Shown here piece by piece: positions 25,576 through 39,900 of a DNA stretch of 64,000 nucleotides (the stretch's first letter is position 1; each line of letters opens with the position of its first letter). The notes below the pieces were generated by a model. It searched no databases. It was not told the DNA's origin and saw nothing but the letters and a program-made list of their open reading frames with translations. The stretch is from Macrostomum hystrix (lineage: Eukaryota > Animalia > Platyhelminthes). The position numbers and the translations under genes are program-made. The DNA is taken from positions 1,054,001 to 1,118,000 of the forward strand of contig CATNEN010000033.1 of the NCBI GenBank assembly GCA_950097015.1, given 5' to 3'.

Positions 25576-26054
25576 CGAAAAACACAGAAGATTTACGGAA
25601 TCGACGGTGGGTGGGGCACCGAGTGCGGGCCGGGTTAGTATGTTTTTTTGACAAAACTGGGCGTGCAGAACAAGCAGGGGCTGTCCAACTCAACACCCCA
25701 TTTCTGTTCTCCCATTTGTAGGGCGAGACACCCAACCCAAGCCGAAAAATACAATGGAACGACCTCAGTTCTGCAGTAAAATCCCTTCCTTCCCTGGGTG
25801 GGAAAATTCTGGAGCTTTGTTTTACTGCTTAGGCTTGGGACGCTAAACGCAGGCTTTAAATGCTCCTTTGAAGGTCATATCACTCAGCGTTATTGTTCGG
25901 CTCGCTTTTCCCATGCCCAGGATAATGGATGACCAAATTCTCAACTCAAAATAACGCGTTGATCAATTTGCTTCTGAGAGTGCATTAGACCTAGATAACA
26001 AACTGCCGATCATCCAGCCAGAATTATACCCCAAAATCTAGATTATATAATTAT

Positions 26055-26480
26055 ATTCCAATATCTAGCTAGAATCCCATTCCAATATCTAGCTAGAATC
26101 CCATTCCAATATCTAGCTAGAATCCCATTCCAATATCTAGCTAGAATATATTTCTAATATCTAGCTAGAATATATTTCCAATATCTAGCTAGAATATATT
26201 TCCAATATCTAGCTAGAATATATTTCCAATATCTAGCTAGAATATATTTCCAATATCTAGCTAGAATATATTTCCAATATCTAGCTAGAATATATTTCCA
26301 ATATCTAGCTAGAATATATTTCCAATATCTAGCTAGAATATATTTCCAATATCTAGCTAGAATATATTTCCAATATCTTGCTAGAATATATTTCCACTAT
26401 CTAGCTAGAATAATATTCCAATTTCTAGCTAGAATCCCATTCCAATATCTAGCTATAATCATATTCCAGCATCTAGCTAG
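26055..26480. repeat. Minisatellite, 24-bp unit ttccaatatctagctagaatatat
   Basis: About 17 tandem copies. Confidence 0.95.
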
Positions 26481-27149
26481 ATTCCCAGCCAATTATCCAG
26501 CAAGAATCCCACCTCAATATCAAGCTTAGATATTAATGCCAGCCCAAAAGCCACCTGACTTTAGTCATTGTGCGTATTCTCAAAACTCATCGACTGGGCT
26601 CAAAATAACTAGCTGTTAGTTGTTGTAGCAACGGAATCAAAGCACAACGGAGCGGCAGCGCTGGCAAGCAGTCAAGGCTGTGATTTGTTTATCTGTCGTC
26701 TTTTATCATTGCTCAGCTATTCCAAAGTTCCATTGTCTGTTGGTAGACAATGCCTGCTGCCATTGTTCCGTATCAAGCTGAGCAGCCATTCTCAATACCC
26801 AAATTGATTTTAGAAATAGTATTTAGCAATTTTATATTTTATATTTGTGAGAAAGTAAATCGATGCATTTTTCGAAGCAACAATCCATCTAACTGTTAAC
26901 TAGTCTAACACATTAACGTATCTTGCAGTTGACATATCTAACACATTAAATGTTTAGTAAGAAAAAATTCCATTAACTGGACATTAACCAGCAAGACAGA
27001 GATATATAAGCACCAAAATGAATTGCTTATTGAAAGACATCGAAAGTGTCTATATCTATATCAATGTGAGTACTATTATGTGCTCATGATTCGTAATAAT
27101 AGTGATCCCAAATCACAGCCCACGAACGCTTGTCTCAGCCATCCCAGTA

Positions 27150-27665
27150 TAACAGGGGTGAGATTTCCCTAACTGTCTCATCCCTCCCGTTTTATCAGGG
27201 GTGAGATTTCCCCAGCTGTCTCATCCCTCCCAGTTTATCAGGGGTGAGATTTCCCCAGCTGTTTCAGCCCTCACATTTTATCAGGGGTGAGATTTCCCCA
27301 GCTGTCTCATCCCACCCAGTTTATCAGGGGTGAGATTTCCTCAGCTGTCTCATCCCACCAAGTTTATCAGGGGTGAGATTACATAGCTGTCTCATCCCTC
27401 CCAGTTTATCAGGGCTGAGATTTCCCCAGCTGTTTCAGCGCTCACATTTTATCAGGGGTGAGATTTCCCCAGCTGTTTCGTCCCTCCCAGTTTATCAGGG
27501 GTGAGATTTCCTCAGCTGTCTCATCCTACCAAGTTTATCGGGGTGAGATTTCCTCAGCTGTCTCATCCTACCAAGTTTATCGGGGTGAGATTTCCTCAGC
27601 TGTCTCATCCTACCAAGTTTATCGGGTTGAGATTTCCTTAGCTGTCTCATCCCTCCCAGTTTATC
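27150..27665. repeat. Minisatellite, ~43-bp unit ttatcaggggtgagatttccccagctgtctcatccctcccagt
   Basis: About 12 tandem copies with no unique spacers. Confidence 0.92.
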
Positions 27666-27789
27666 GGAGATGAGACCCAGAACTCGTGGCCAATGGCGGG
27701 AGCGCACAGCAACGGACATCAATATTTAAGTCGCAGCATGCGGTCTCTGTATGAAAAAAGTAACATTACTATCTCCTTTTAAAACAGCG

Positions 27790-29878
27790 ATGACTTTGTG
27801 GCTGATCCTGCTGTCAGGTGAGATAATTAGGTCTGATTTGTTGGTTTTTTTCGATCTGTGATGCCTCGATCCGTTTTACTTTGTGTCCAAAATCACGTCA
27901 GGATTTTTGTTAAAAATTAAATTTAGGTACCTTTCTAACTGATTTGCAGTTTTTGAAAATGTGCAGTTTAGGGAATGTGCAGGTTAGGGAATGTGCTGTG
28001 AAGGAATCTAACGTAGACACTAACGTGTTACGTAGTTACGTTTATGTTACGCGTTATGTATTCATCAGACGTAGATGAATACATGCAGTGGAGCAGGTAT
28101 GTATGTGACTTTATCTCTGATCCACCTGATTAGGCTTACAATACAGTAGCAATCGTTAAATAGAGAATCAGATTCTATTCATGATATTATATACTAATAG
28201 CAGTCCAAGTCAATTGGCTTGCAATGGCGATGTCTGTTTATCGGACTTCAGAATGCAGAAAATTGACACTAAACAATGTGCAAATACCCGGGTTGTATCT
28301 AGGGCTCTGGCTTGGCATATGATGCAGCCTCTTGGCTTGATCTGAGAAAGCTTCAGCGGGAGCCTGTCCTTGGGAGTAGGTTAAAAAAGCCAACTCAAGC
28401 CTAGCTTTGAGCTGCCTCCGACAAAATATTTTTTGGCAGCTTGCAAGCCCCATCAGGCAGATTAGTTGAGGTCAGGGCACTCAAGCTAATGAGTTGAGTT
28501 CTACACTTCAGCGGATTAAAGTTTCCTCCATTTTCTTAACTCTTTGAGTCCAAGGTAGAGGACTTAAGGAGGTCTGGGTAACTCGGAAAGAGTCGGAGCC
28601 TGGTGTCTAAATGTTGTTTAAACCAACCAACCAACCAACCAACCAACCAACCAACCAACCAACCAACCAACCAACCAACCAACCAACCAACCAACCAACC
28701 AACCAACCAACCAACCAACCAACCAACCAACCAACCAACCAACCAACCAACCAACCAACCAACCAACCAACCAGCAAACCGCCTTTTTGCAGCTGTCTGT
28801 CAGACTCAGTTGCTAGCGCCGGAGGCCATGAGCTTAAATCAGCGTTGGGAAGGCTTTTTAGATTCGGCCGTCTGTCGTCACAATCTGCAGCCGGGCGCGC
28901 TCATCGTGGGATCCGAGGAGGCGCTACTGCACTGGCGCCCGTTCCCACCCAAAGAGCTCCCAGCCTGTCGAGAAGTGGAAATCTCCCTGGCCTCGGGACC
29001 GCTTGGCAACCTCACGAGACTTTCCGCGGAGTTGCAGCTTCATGTCAGCTGCCAGGACACCCAGCATCTGCTGACCGGCCTGCGAACCGGTCGAGTCTAC
29101 TCGGCCAGAATCTCCGTGCTGCGGCATTTCAATGGCCTGTTCTGCCCGCGCCCAGCCATGGCTTCCTTCGTGATGACAGACCGAGCATCTGCGGCCACCA
29201 ACAGTGAGAACTAGATAGGCCCAGCATAGCTTTGCACACTTTGCAACATGTGCTAGCGCCCATCAATAACACAATCTGTTTTACAAATTGACAGTCTCCG
29301 CCAACTCGCAGCTAGCGGCGCCCTCCTCTGTAGCTGAGCCGCTTCTGTTCGCTATGGTGCTGAGCGTGTGGGCGCTGGCGCTGGCCAAATTCCTGCGCAA
29401 GCTTCAACAGCTGCGCATCGGCAGGGCCACCGTCAGCTCGCTGAGGCACATGCGGCCTCTCAACATCGAGCAGGTGCAGGTGTGCAAGGAGGCCACGGAG
29501 ACAGTCATCTACCGGTCCTACGCCAAGGACTCCCGCATGTCCGCCTGCCTGGAGGAGCGGCAGGCCCGGGTGGCACACCTCAGACGGCTGTACGCCGAGG
29601 AGCTGCAGCGCGAGGTCGAGGATCTCGAGCAGCAGAGGATCCAGCTGTGCGGCCTGCGCCAGCTCAGGTCACAGCTGTTGCACCTGTCGCAGCCCTCACG
29701 CCATCGCGGTAGCAGCTCGTTAATTAGGATTGAGGACGATCTCAACGTGCCGGAAGTTTCAACGTCTCGGCCAACGGCAACGGTGCTCGATGCGAGGCGA
29801 AATTTTTGCGATCGGCTGCAGTTGTCGGAGAGCCTGCCAGATGGTCTGCGGCTGCTGACGGAAGCCGATGGTCGCTGA
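27790..29878 (+). CDS. Uncharacterised type I membrane protein (signal peptide, beta-rich/FN3-like ectodomain, one TM, conserved-looking cytoplasmic motif)
   Basis: Exons 27790-27817 (MTLWLILLS, phase 1), 28793-29203 and 29295-29878 join in frame. The [20 protein letters not shown] is followed by [23 protein letters not shown]. The FN3 assignment is inference. Confidence 0.75.
28621..28772. repeat. (AACC)n microsatellite in intron 1
   Basis: Perfect tetranucleotide run just before the acceptor at 28792. Confidence 0.98.
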
Positions 29879-30550
29879 CTGCGTCAGCTAGCGAAACGAA
29901 GCTTTTGCAGTTTAATAAATGAGAAAACACAGAAGCGGCAAAAATATTTAAAGTATCTTTGGACTTAAAAAATGGCTTCAGAAGTCTTAAGAAAAGTATA
30001 AATATATTTTTTGACTGGAAATAGTGTCATGGTAAAGGCAAGGAAATGGAATATTTGACATGAGCAGAAGGCCAGATATGAATATAATTCGTTAATATTT
30101 TTAACTTTTTTGCGACTTAAAATGTAATTCTCATCGATTTAAATAACCATTTTGGCACAACCACGATCGGGGTGACTCAGTGAATGCGCAGTTCGCAACT
30201 ATTTGCTGATCGTGATCAATTACTATGAGTAATATCATTTCATTTGAATGGAAACGATTGTGTTAGCTTAAAAACTACATAGAACCACGTTACTAAACGA
30301 TACTTAATCGCCTTGACAATTTTTTTTCAAGTCAGTTGGCAAATGCGGTAAAGGCATATTTCAATGCGCTCGTAAGAACTGGCCAGTTAAAAAAATATTC
30401 TTAAGTCCAATCGATACTGGATTCAGAGTTCATGAGGTATCAAAAAAGATTGTCAATGATCTACGTCTGGCGAGCACCGATTTCCTTTAAGGCGAAAGCG
30501 CGCTGGTCAGCCAGCGGTTGGCAGGCAGTGGCGGGCCTGCTCCTCAGCGG

Positions 30551-33500
30551 TTACACTTCGGACTCGCCGAACCGCAGCCGCTGCCTTCGCTGACTCGCGG
30601 GTCTCGGGGGCAAAGGAGGCGTCACGGTAGACGGCACAGAGCGAGGCGGCGGCGGCGGCGGCGGCAGCGGCAGAGGCCTGGTTGACGGCAGCTGCGATGA
30701 CGCAGTGATGCCGTTGCTGACGTGAGGCGGTTCATCGATCTGATATTGAGTCCGGCCGGCATCAAACTCAAACTCTAACACGACTGCCTGGTGCCGGCCA
30801 ACAAGCACCAGCAGCCACCAGCTCAGGCCAAACAGCACGGCAAAGAAACAGGTGGTGAGCAGCAGCAGGAATGCAGCGGCATTTGCCTGGGGCACCGCCT
30901 TGGAGCAGAGGTCAACGGACAGTGTCTCTACGGCCAGCCGCAGATCGTCGCAATGGCCGACACTGGCCAGCAAACCAGCGGCGAGGGGGTCGAGAAACTC
31001 GGCGAACAATGGCAGGTGTCGTGCCAGGCAGACTTCAAAGCGAGCATCCACGCGGGCCAGCATGCCCGGCTTGTCGGCCAGGGTGTCTTGCACCACTCTG
31101 AGGGCCGCCAGCAGCGCTTCTGTCAGGCTGGTGAAGTTGCGTGAGCTCTGCAACAGCTCAAAATTCTGACGCAGCTCGACCAGACGGTCAGCGAGGCCTG
31201 CTGAGCGAGTCATTGAAGCGTTCAGCTGCGTCACGGAGTGTCGCAAAATCGCCGCATCGTTGTTACTGGGCTCTGCGTTTAAAGCAACGCTTGCTAAGTT
31301 CGCTACGTCGGCGATAAAGCGGTCGCTGCGCGGCATGAGAAGCAGCGGCCGTCGAAGCTCCGCAATGGAGTCAGTGTAGTTCTCAGCGTCCAAGAGGCCG
31401 GCCAACTGGGGCAGCACGGAGGTGATGCTGCCGAGCTCCGGTGGGATCAGTGCGTTGGCATCCGTGGCGTTGATCTGATCCTTGACAAGTTTGGCGCCGG
31501 TGAGGAACTGCGACTGCGTCAGATTGCTGGAGAGCAAGGCAGTAGCGTTAAGCAGACCTGTGGAAAAGTGTTCAGGTATAGCTCAGGTAGTGTTCAGGTA
31601 GTGCTCTTTCGTCTAACAGTAGAATATTTTCAAAGATTAAATGCTTTTTTCTTAGATTAAAGTATACAAAAGTCGTGAAAAATGACAGAACTAGTCAAGC
31701 AGAAAAAACGATCGACTAATTATGAAGTTATAGGCTTGCTTATTAGATCAACTACCAAATATACTTTTATTGACCTCTGCTCTCTAAGATCACCTGTGAG
31801 TCCGAAGACGCTGAACAGTGTCGCATTGGGATTGCCGCACCTGCCACGGATGGTCTCAATCAGCCGACTTGGCAGCCGAGCTGGCAGTGAGATCGGCAGC
31901 TCCTGTCGCAGTTTCAGCGCCTCGCGCACCATCGGCCAAAGTCGGACTTCGGCGAATTCGTCCAACCGCGAGTCCCAGAGCTGGTTGCCAGACTGGCTGG
32001 CCAGGTAGCGGCAGGCTTCCACCTGCAGCTCGCCGGTTGCGTAGAAGAACGCCAGGCCGAACAAGAGCGGCAGCAGGGACAGCAGTGCAGCGGTGAGCAG
32101 TACTAGAGAGCAGTCGAACGAGCAGCAATACAGAAACCCGTTCCACTCTCGCTTCTGCAGGCGGCGCATTTTCTGGCTGCGACCTGACAGTCGACTGCAG
32201 TACGCGGATTTCCCTTGCTCCATGTCGCGATCGGGAAAATGCGGCGATGACCAGGGCGAACTGGAAAAGCCGCCGCTGGAGGTGCCGGAGGTCTTGGAGG
32301 AGGGCGATGAACAACAGAGCGGTGAAGAGTTGGTGGACAGCGGCACTAGAGTGTGACTGGGTGTCGGGACAGTGCCCTCCTCGAACGAGGCGTCCAAGCG
32401 ACAGGCGGTGCACAAGTAGCGGGTCAGAGACCACAGCAGCACGCAGCAGATCGCGCAGGCCAGCAGGAACACCAGGCAGGAGACAACCACCAGGACAACC
32501 ACCGCTGTGCCAGCGGCTGCGACGGCGCCCCACAGGCTGGGATCCGTGGCCGCCCGATCAAAGCCGGACTTGACGCCGATAATGGTGAGTTCCGCCTGGT
32601 CGAACTGCGAAGACACACTGTCAATCAGGCCGTTTAACAGCTGGCGGATCACGCCTGAGATGGCTTGAAGCCCGGTGGACAGCGAGTCCTTGGCCTTCTC
32701 CACCTGCCGCTGCACAGTTGTCAATGTCCAGCTTGACCATTTTTTTCAGAAGCGTAACTATGGCAACACTGGAGTCCTGTGTCTAGCTTGGTATCGTTCA
32801 CAGCCAGTCTAAGGTTGGCCAGGCTAGTAACTAGGGAGGCGCAGTGGCCAGGTGCGAATAGATGACCAAACCGGTTGCAGACGGTGCTCAGGGGGTCCTG
32901 CAGAGTCTCCCGGTGGACCTGCAGCTGAGCGGAAAACTGTTGCAGTGGCTTGATCACGGTGTCCCTGGCGTTGTCAATATACCGCATGGAGTTCACTGTG
33001 CCGTTCACTGTCGCCAGGAAGAACTGCAAGTGACCTGACATCGGGGCAGGCGATGAAATAGCACGGATAGATTTTCAGCACATAGCAATAATAAAACACT
33101 GCATAAAGTATATGTTTGAGCAGCGCACCTATGAGCTTGTCGATCCCGTAGTCGGACATCAGCAAATCCAGCAGCTCCGTGCCGAAGTTCAGAAACAGCC
33201 GCTCCACCGATGGATAGGCGCTCTCAAATGTGTCAATGATGGTCCGGTTGGACTCGACTAGGGAACGGGTCAGGAACCTGTCCAGGTGGCTCACTGTGGT
33301 GGACACGATTGCGCGCGCGGAGTTGGAGCCGCTTGAGGAGGAGGTGAGAGCTACGATGCCGCCAGCCTGCGTGCAGTAGGCGATGAGCACGGCAATGCAC
33401 AGCAGACTAGCAGCACCCATCATCCCGATCTGGACAAGTAGGCAACGGTCTCTACCGGACAGCGTCTTTTTGGACAGGCGCACCGCTCTGGTGTCCTCCA

Positions 33501-34222
33501 AAGCCAAGGACTGTTTTGTTTCAGACGTCTTTGTTGGTGTGGACCACGCACCAGCGAGATCAGTGGTGTCGACTTCATAGCTGCGGCTGGGAATGCTATT
33601 GTTATTGTGGTGATGGATGCCCTGGACGCTGCTGAGATTAGCGTCCTTGTCAGTCGCACGTTCGGCGTCGTTGTTCGGATGGTCGTGGCGCTGTCCCCGA
33701 GTCAACCGGCGCACCCGGCGCAGCACCATGGCGCCAAAAAGTCGATACTGTGAGCGGCGAAACGGCGCTCCGCCGCCCTTTGCTGCTGCGTCTACTTGGT
33801 CTCCGACTTGGTCTAATTGAGCGCTTCGCAGCAGTCGAGCACGCCTGTGACGCTCGCGGCGTACGGTGACGCCGAGCAGGCAGCAGCAGGTGAGCAGCCA
33901 GGCCAGCAGCAGGATACCTGACAGCGTAAAATAAGCCAGGTGTGAGTGCAGACGACCGCTCATCCAGCTTGTGAACACGGAGCCCAGGCTGTCGCTGCTT
34001 GGCTGATTGGCGTTGGCTGACACCACGCGACGAAGGACGTCGGCCGGACTGTCAGTGGTCGACAGCTGGTCTGGAAGGGCAGCCGAAACCCAGGCTAGCA
34101 GCGGGTTGAGCAGTCCACCGTTGAACGCTGGCTCCAATGGATCAACCAGCAGATTCGTCATGCCCGACTTGTCCATGCGTCGCTGCTGCAGCCATGTCCG
34201 AGGTTCGACCCTTTGAGTCCCG
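30551..34222 (-). CDS. Prominin (CD133-like) pentaspan membrane glycoprotein; 5' exon(s) not identified
   Basis: Five hydrophobic segments in the prominin 1-2 / loop / 3-4 / loop / 5 layout, with Cys-rich TM boundaries, GELQVEACRYL after TM4 and VGHC...DLCSKAVPQAN before TM5. Phase-1 GT-AG introns follow 33129 and 31794. Apparent indel(s) at ~32725-32790. Confidence 0.82.
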
Positions 34223-35529
34223 CTAACAAATTATGAGCAGAGACGGGTCCAGCTTGAGATCCCGAGTTTAACTTGTGTGTTGCGCGCGCCAAAAAATGCC
34301 GCGACCTCAGGCCTCAGGTAGCCCTTGAGTGCCCGCTTATCAGCGGCACCGAAAATCTTTGTGTGGGCTACTTCTTAGTGCCAGCAAGCAAAATGCATGA
34401 ATGGAGTTTTCCAGTCGTGAACCAAGTCAGCAGCTACGAGTATCTGTCACTATCTAGAGATATTTTCGTCATGGCTTTGCGCCAGAAAAAGGCGTTGCCT
34501 GCCAAGATTACTCGCCTCGGGCCGAGCAGGTGAGCTCTGGATGGCCAAGCGGGCGACGCACGTTAAGATCGGCCGACGTGCGCCTCACCTGGTCGCTCGC
34601 GGAGTGAGGTGGTCTGGTGCAACTCTTTGTAATTCTATCGCGGCTGGAGCACCTTGCTTTTTAGCCAGAAGCGAGGCATATTCTACTCAGCGCGGTCCGC
34701 TTTTACTCGCTAAGCGGGCCGAGATTGGCCTTCGATTGACTCTACGCGGGAAATTTCGGTATTTTCTCTCCGCCTCGGCAACCCCCTGCCTCCCCCCTCT
34801 CTCTCTCGCTAACTATGGCGATTCTCCCTGAAGACCTCACTCTCGCAACCCATGCGCTCGCTGGCTGATAAGGGCGCGTATTACACGGGACACAGTTCTA
34901 CACTGTGCTGGGTGGGACACGCTGCACACTGACCTGAATGCGACTAGGTCCGAGCATTGTATGCGTGACATTGCGCATATTGTTTTTTCTCCCCAAATCA
35001 GCTCCTCTCCTCCTCTTCGTCTCCGTTCTTCAAGTCCGAAGCCCGGAAGCGAGCTGTTCTGTTATTGAGCTCAAGCGAGCAGCTTTAACGCATGGCCTTA
35101 ACGCTCGGATTCCTCTTCTCCCACTCTCACTGCCCTGTTACTTTTGGGGATCTAAGCTGAGAAATTCAATTTAGATTTATTTGTATTCCCCATTCTTTAT
35201 TTCTCCACACACTGAAATGCATTTTGAAACCGAATCGCAAAATCATTATAGTGCCATGTTAAAATAATAATGTTATAGTACCGAGTCGGTAAAAATAATT
35301 TTAGTGCCATGAGCTTTCATTATCAGCGCATTGTTCACCTGCTCGCTTAATTAGCCTGACTGTCTGCGCAGTCAGGTTAGCTAGTTATCGCAGTTTGGTT
35401 CAAGCACACTTATCGTGCCTAATTAACTTGTTGTCAGCCAAAGCTTGAGGCTATTTTTAGAAACAGGAACGCCTGACTCTTGAGAACTTGAGCTTGTTAG
35501 CGAGCCGCGATTAACTCCTAGGCCTCGCT

Positions 35530-35835
35530 GTGTCTAGTGACTGAGGTACAGAAGGACAGGTTACTAGTGGCTGAGGTACTGAAGGACAGGTGTCTAGTGG
35601 CTGAGGTACTTAAAGACAGGTGTCTAATTGCTGAGGTACTGAAGGACAGGCGTCTAGTGGCTGAGGTACTTAAAGACAGGTGTCTAGTGGCTGAGGTACT
35701 GAAGGACAGGTGTCTAGTGGCTGAGGTACTTAAAGACAGGTGTCTAGTGGCTGAGGTACTTAAAGACAGGTGTCTAGTGGCTGAGGTACTGAAGGACAGG
35801 TGTCTAATTGCTGAGGTACTGAAGGACAGGTCTCT
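35530..35835. repeat. Minisatellite, 30-bp unit gtctagtggctgaggtactgaaggacaggt
   Basis: About 10 tandem copies. Confidence 0.95.
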
Positions 35836-36700
35836 AGGGGCTGACTTGCTTTTAAACTTAATTTCCTCGAATGTAAGTTGACACGTGTTATTAACAGTAA
35901 GCTAACTGTATTAGTTTAATATGAGTCTCACAAGATTGTAGCAGAGTTTCAAATAATCCTGACAAAAGTTTATTTGCTCTTCTTAAAAGCAAAACCGAAG
36001 AAGCATGTACAATCATAAACTGTTAGATAAATAAACAAATATAATAGCAGATTTAAAGATGCACTTTCTGCAAAAACAGACAATGTGCATCCAATTGACC
36101 TACGTTTACATCAGCTCTAGAGTACGAAAAGATATGAGTAACGAAGAGGAAAAAATGGTTCAATTTGAATTGAACAATTATCATTAGATAATACGAATGA
36201 AAAAAATATATTAAGTGACATAAGTTCAGACATTGCGAGTGGAAAACATTGAGACTAACTTTATACTATACAAACAAGAGTTTTAGTTTAAAATATATTT
36301 GATACTATCTAAAGAAGCATTTTCTAAATAAATTATAGTATGCCCATTTATGATGGCAATGATTGTAACTTATTTATTAAATATCAAGTCAGTAATTAGA
36401 AAAATACCAGAGCTAGGACACAAGTAAAATTAAGTAGATGATGATGCATGGTTCTGAAAGACTGTGCAGTGTTGAGGTTAAACTTAATGCCTGCCTACTG
36501 ATAGGTATGTAACTCATCAGTGTACTTTTGTACTCAACAGTGTACTTTTGAACCCCAAAATGTACTTTTGTACTCATCAGTTCATTTTGTACTTCACACT
36601 GTACTTTTGTACTAATCAGTGTACTTATGCACCCATAGCATACTTTTGTAATTTTGGAAGGCTAAGATCAGTAGCAGGCATCTCCGAGGTGATGATGCAG

Positions 36701-36888
36701 TTACAGATGCGTTGCTATAGCAACGGAAGCAGCACACGCAGCTATGAACAAAAAGCAGGCTGAATTGACTGCAGCATTGTTAGTCTCCGTGTCCGACGGA
36801 TGCGACTGCTGCTGCTGATGCTTCTGCTGCCGCTGTTGCTTGTCAAACTCGGAGTCCAACTTTGCTGCGTCATTCAGCATCGGCAGCA

Positions 36889-36925
<37 letters not shown>

Positions 36926-39900
36926 AGGCGGCTGCTGATGCAGCCTCCCAGCCGAAAGGTACTTGTCCACAAAGTAGCTGACGGTGAAGTTCAGCGGTTG
37001 ATAGCCACCTGAGCAGTCGATTTCATAGCGCCTCTCCGAGTTCTGCATAGCAACCAGGACGCCAAAAAGCCGGCCAACCACCGCGCCGCACTGCCTGGTC
37101 ATTGCGGAGGACAGGCAATCGATTGTGGCCTCCCATTCCTGGCTGAGGGCCTCGCGCCTCTGCTTCAAGTAGTCTGTGCAGCGAATTTGCCAGTGGTTGA
37201 AGAGCAAGCGCTTCACTGAGTCCATGTGGTGCTCACAGCTGCGAAGGCTGGCGGCCTGCATGCAGGGCAGGCTAGCTGAGTAGCCTTACAGGGGGGTGTC
37301 GAGGTTTTACACTTTAATGTTTCTAAAATATTTCAGAATTGTACTCTCGAACATTCCTAAACCGTAAATTTCCAAAAAAACATTACAATTTCGAGTCGCT
37401 AAGTCGTTACTTTTTTATCTTTACCTTTCAATATTGAAGCTCAACATACTGCAGACTTTCGCGAAATCCAACGGTACTAATAAGTAAAATCACAAAAATT
37501 TTATAATCACAAGAATTCTAAAATCGTTAAAAAAAGTTGATTCAGTACAAAACAAATCGTTAAAACTCTCTGATCGTTACACTCCATAATATCATTGCAT
37601 TTGGAAATAGTTTTCTGAAAATCCGTCGCCTCTGTTTTTAAATCTTCCGATTTTTACAAACCAGCATTTTCTTCAAACAAGTTTACACTGAATTGTTCGT
37701 TTCAAACTCTAAATCACACAAATTAAAGTGCAGCTCTTTCAAAACGATCTCAAAATAAGGCAATCTCTATACTGTTTCTTAAACAAACGGAGCTGATAAC
37801 AGAAATCGATGCCAATTTCACTGCAAGATTTCTCTTTTAAGTCGGAGACGCCTGTCAGGCCGATTTGTGGCAGAATTTGAGTTGGCAATTGCAAAACTGG
37901 ACAGGCCAGACAGGCCAGACTCCCCAAATGATGCAATATTAATCAGCGCAGCGGGCATTAAACTTTGCCGCCACGAGCACCCTCCCCAGCCTCCGCCCTG
38001 CTCCCCATATCTGCTTCATCAACGTCAGTCTTAGCTCTTTCATCCCGGAGTGGCTCAAATGCTCGGTTAAAAAGGCCCAACACTTCTGGCTGGCAGCGAA
38101 GAGGGATGAGCGAACTCGATGGCTGAGGAAACTTTCTATTTCTTGACTGGCTTTTCCCACTAGGAAACGGAAACACCCACGCTGTGTGGAGTCCGACTGG
38201 CGCAGTCTGAGAGTCTCTGGGGAGCTTTTGGCTTGCGCTTAATGCTAGCTAGCCAAGGCTGCTGAGAGGCTGGCTCGATATGCGTCTGCTGCTGCTGCTG
38301 CTGTCAGCGCCCGTCTCACTGTCTCAATTGCTATCTCGATTTCCTCTTTCTACCCAGCCGTGTGCCGACTGCGTACTCCGTGCTCCGTGAGCAGGCCTGT
38401 CTCGATTAGACAGTTTGGCAAAACAGCTCAAACCCTGCCCGCTGTCGCCAAAAGAAGTCTGATCAACTCACTGTCGATGTTGTCGCAGATGAGCTCCAAC
38501 TGGTTAGTGAGCAGTCTCCAGTCGAACGTGGCCTGAATCAGGTTGTAGCCGTCTTTGCACTGACTCTTCACTTCGGTTGACCGGCTCTCGTATGTACGCA
38601 GAGCCCTGCGGATAAAAGTACACGGATAAATGTAGAGGAGAACATTGCTCGGTGTTGATTGCACAACGAATATCGACATGCACTTGCAAATACGCATTTA
38701 ACAAATAAGTAGCAAATATTTAGTTACTCGTTACTTAGAAGAAAATCTGTATCCAATCAGCATGTATCATAACTACAATGGGATCGAATGATCCAAATAT
38801 AAGTGGGATTTAAATTATTGACAAACGCTAGCCGTGGAGGAGGGAATGAGTGAGGATTGAATGCTCCTCAAGGTCTGCTGTAATCCCTAATCCCTCAGCC
38901 TCCCGGGGAGTCACGTGCAACGCCCAACAAGTTTCATGATCCTCACGGGCACACTTCCGTCCGCAGCTTGTGCCGCAGGTCGGGCCGCAGGATGGGATAG
39001 GGATTTGAGTAGGAATTCGACTGAAATGGCTCGCCGATGACGGTGATGAAGTCGTCGCGAATATTCTTTAGCCTGTCCTGGAAGCCGTGCACGCACATTG
39101 GCCGATCGTAACCAAAAGCTGTGAAAAATATGGGGCCGGTCAAGCGGAGTTGAAAGTGCAAATGCGGTTGAACGATAGACAATGATTCTGATACATTTTA
39201 GTAAAATTCTTGAGGCGAGGAACAATAGCTGGACAGAGAATGTACTTGCCGAGGGGCAGAGAGAGAGAGGAATGGTGCGCATAGCTGGACAGAGAATGTA
39301 CTTGCCGAGGGGCAGAGAGAGAGGAATGGTGCGCATAGCTGGACAGAGAATGTACTTGCCGAGGGGCAGAGAGAGAGGAATGGTGCGCATAGCTGGACAG
39401 AGAATGTACTTGCCGAGGGGCAGAGAGAGAGGAATGGTGCGCATAGCTGGACAGAGAATGTACTTGCCGAGGGGCAGAGAGAGAGGAATGGTGCGCATAG
39501 CTGGACAGAGAATGTACTTGCCGAGGGGCAGAGAGAGGAATGGTGCGCATAGCTGGACAGAGAATGTACTTGCCGAGGGGCAGAGAGAGAGGAATGGTGC
39601 ACATAGCTGGACAGAGAATGTACTTGCCGAGGGGCAGAGAGAGAGGAATGGTGCGCATAGCTGGACAGAGAATGTACTTGCCGAGGGGCAGAGAGAGAGG
39701 AATGGTGCGCATAGCTGGACAGAGAATGTATACAGTGAGGGGCAGAGAGAAAGTGTACGGAGCTGAGTAAAAAAATAAATGGAGATAGCAGGAAAAACAG
39801 AAGAAACGTGGTTAGTCTGAACATGTGCAGGGCGGGACAGAAGACTCCTGCTATGCAATCAGTAAGGCGTGAAAACGAGCTAAAGTGCAACCCAGACAGT

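Noticed and set aside
26619-26632. Additional X-box candidate GTTGTTGTAGCAAC
   Set aside because: It mismatches the central core, lies next to a repeat array, and is not near an identified start.
27150-27665. CRISPR-like appearance of the 43-bp array (also the 47-bp array at 58035 and the 76-bp array at 50635)
   Set aside because: The units are contiguous with no unique spacers, there are no cas genes, and the context is eukaryotic.
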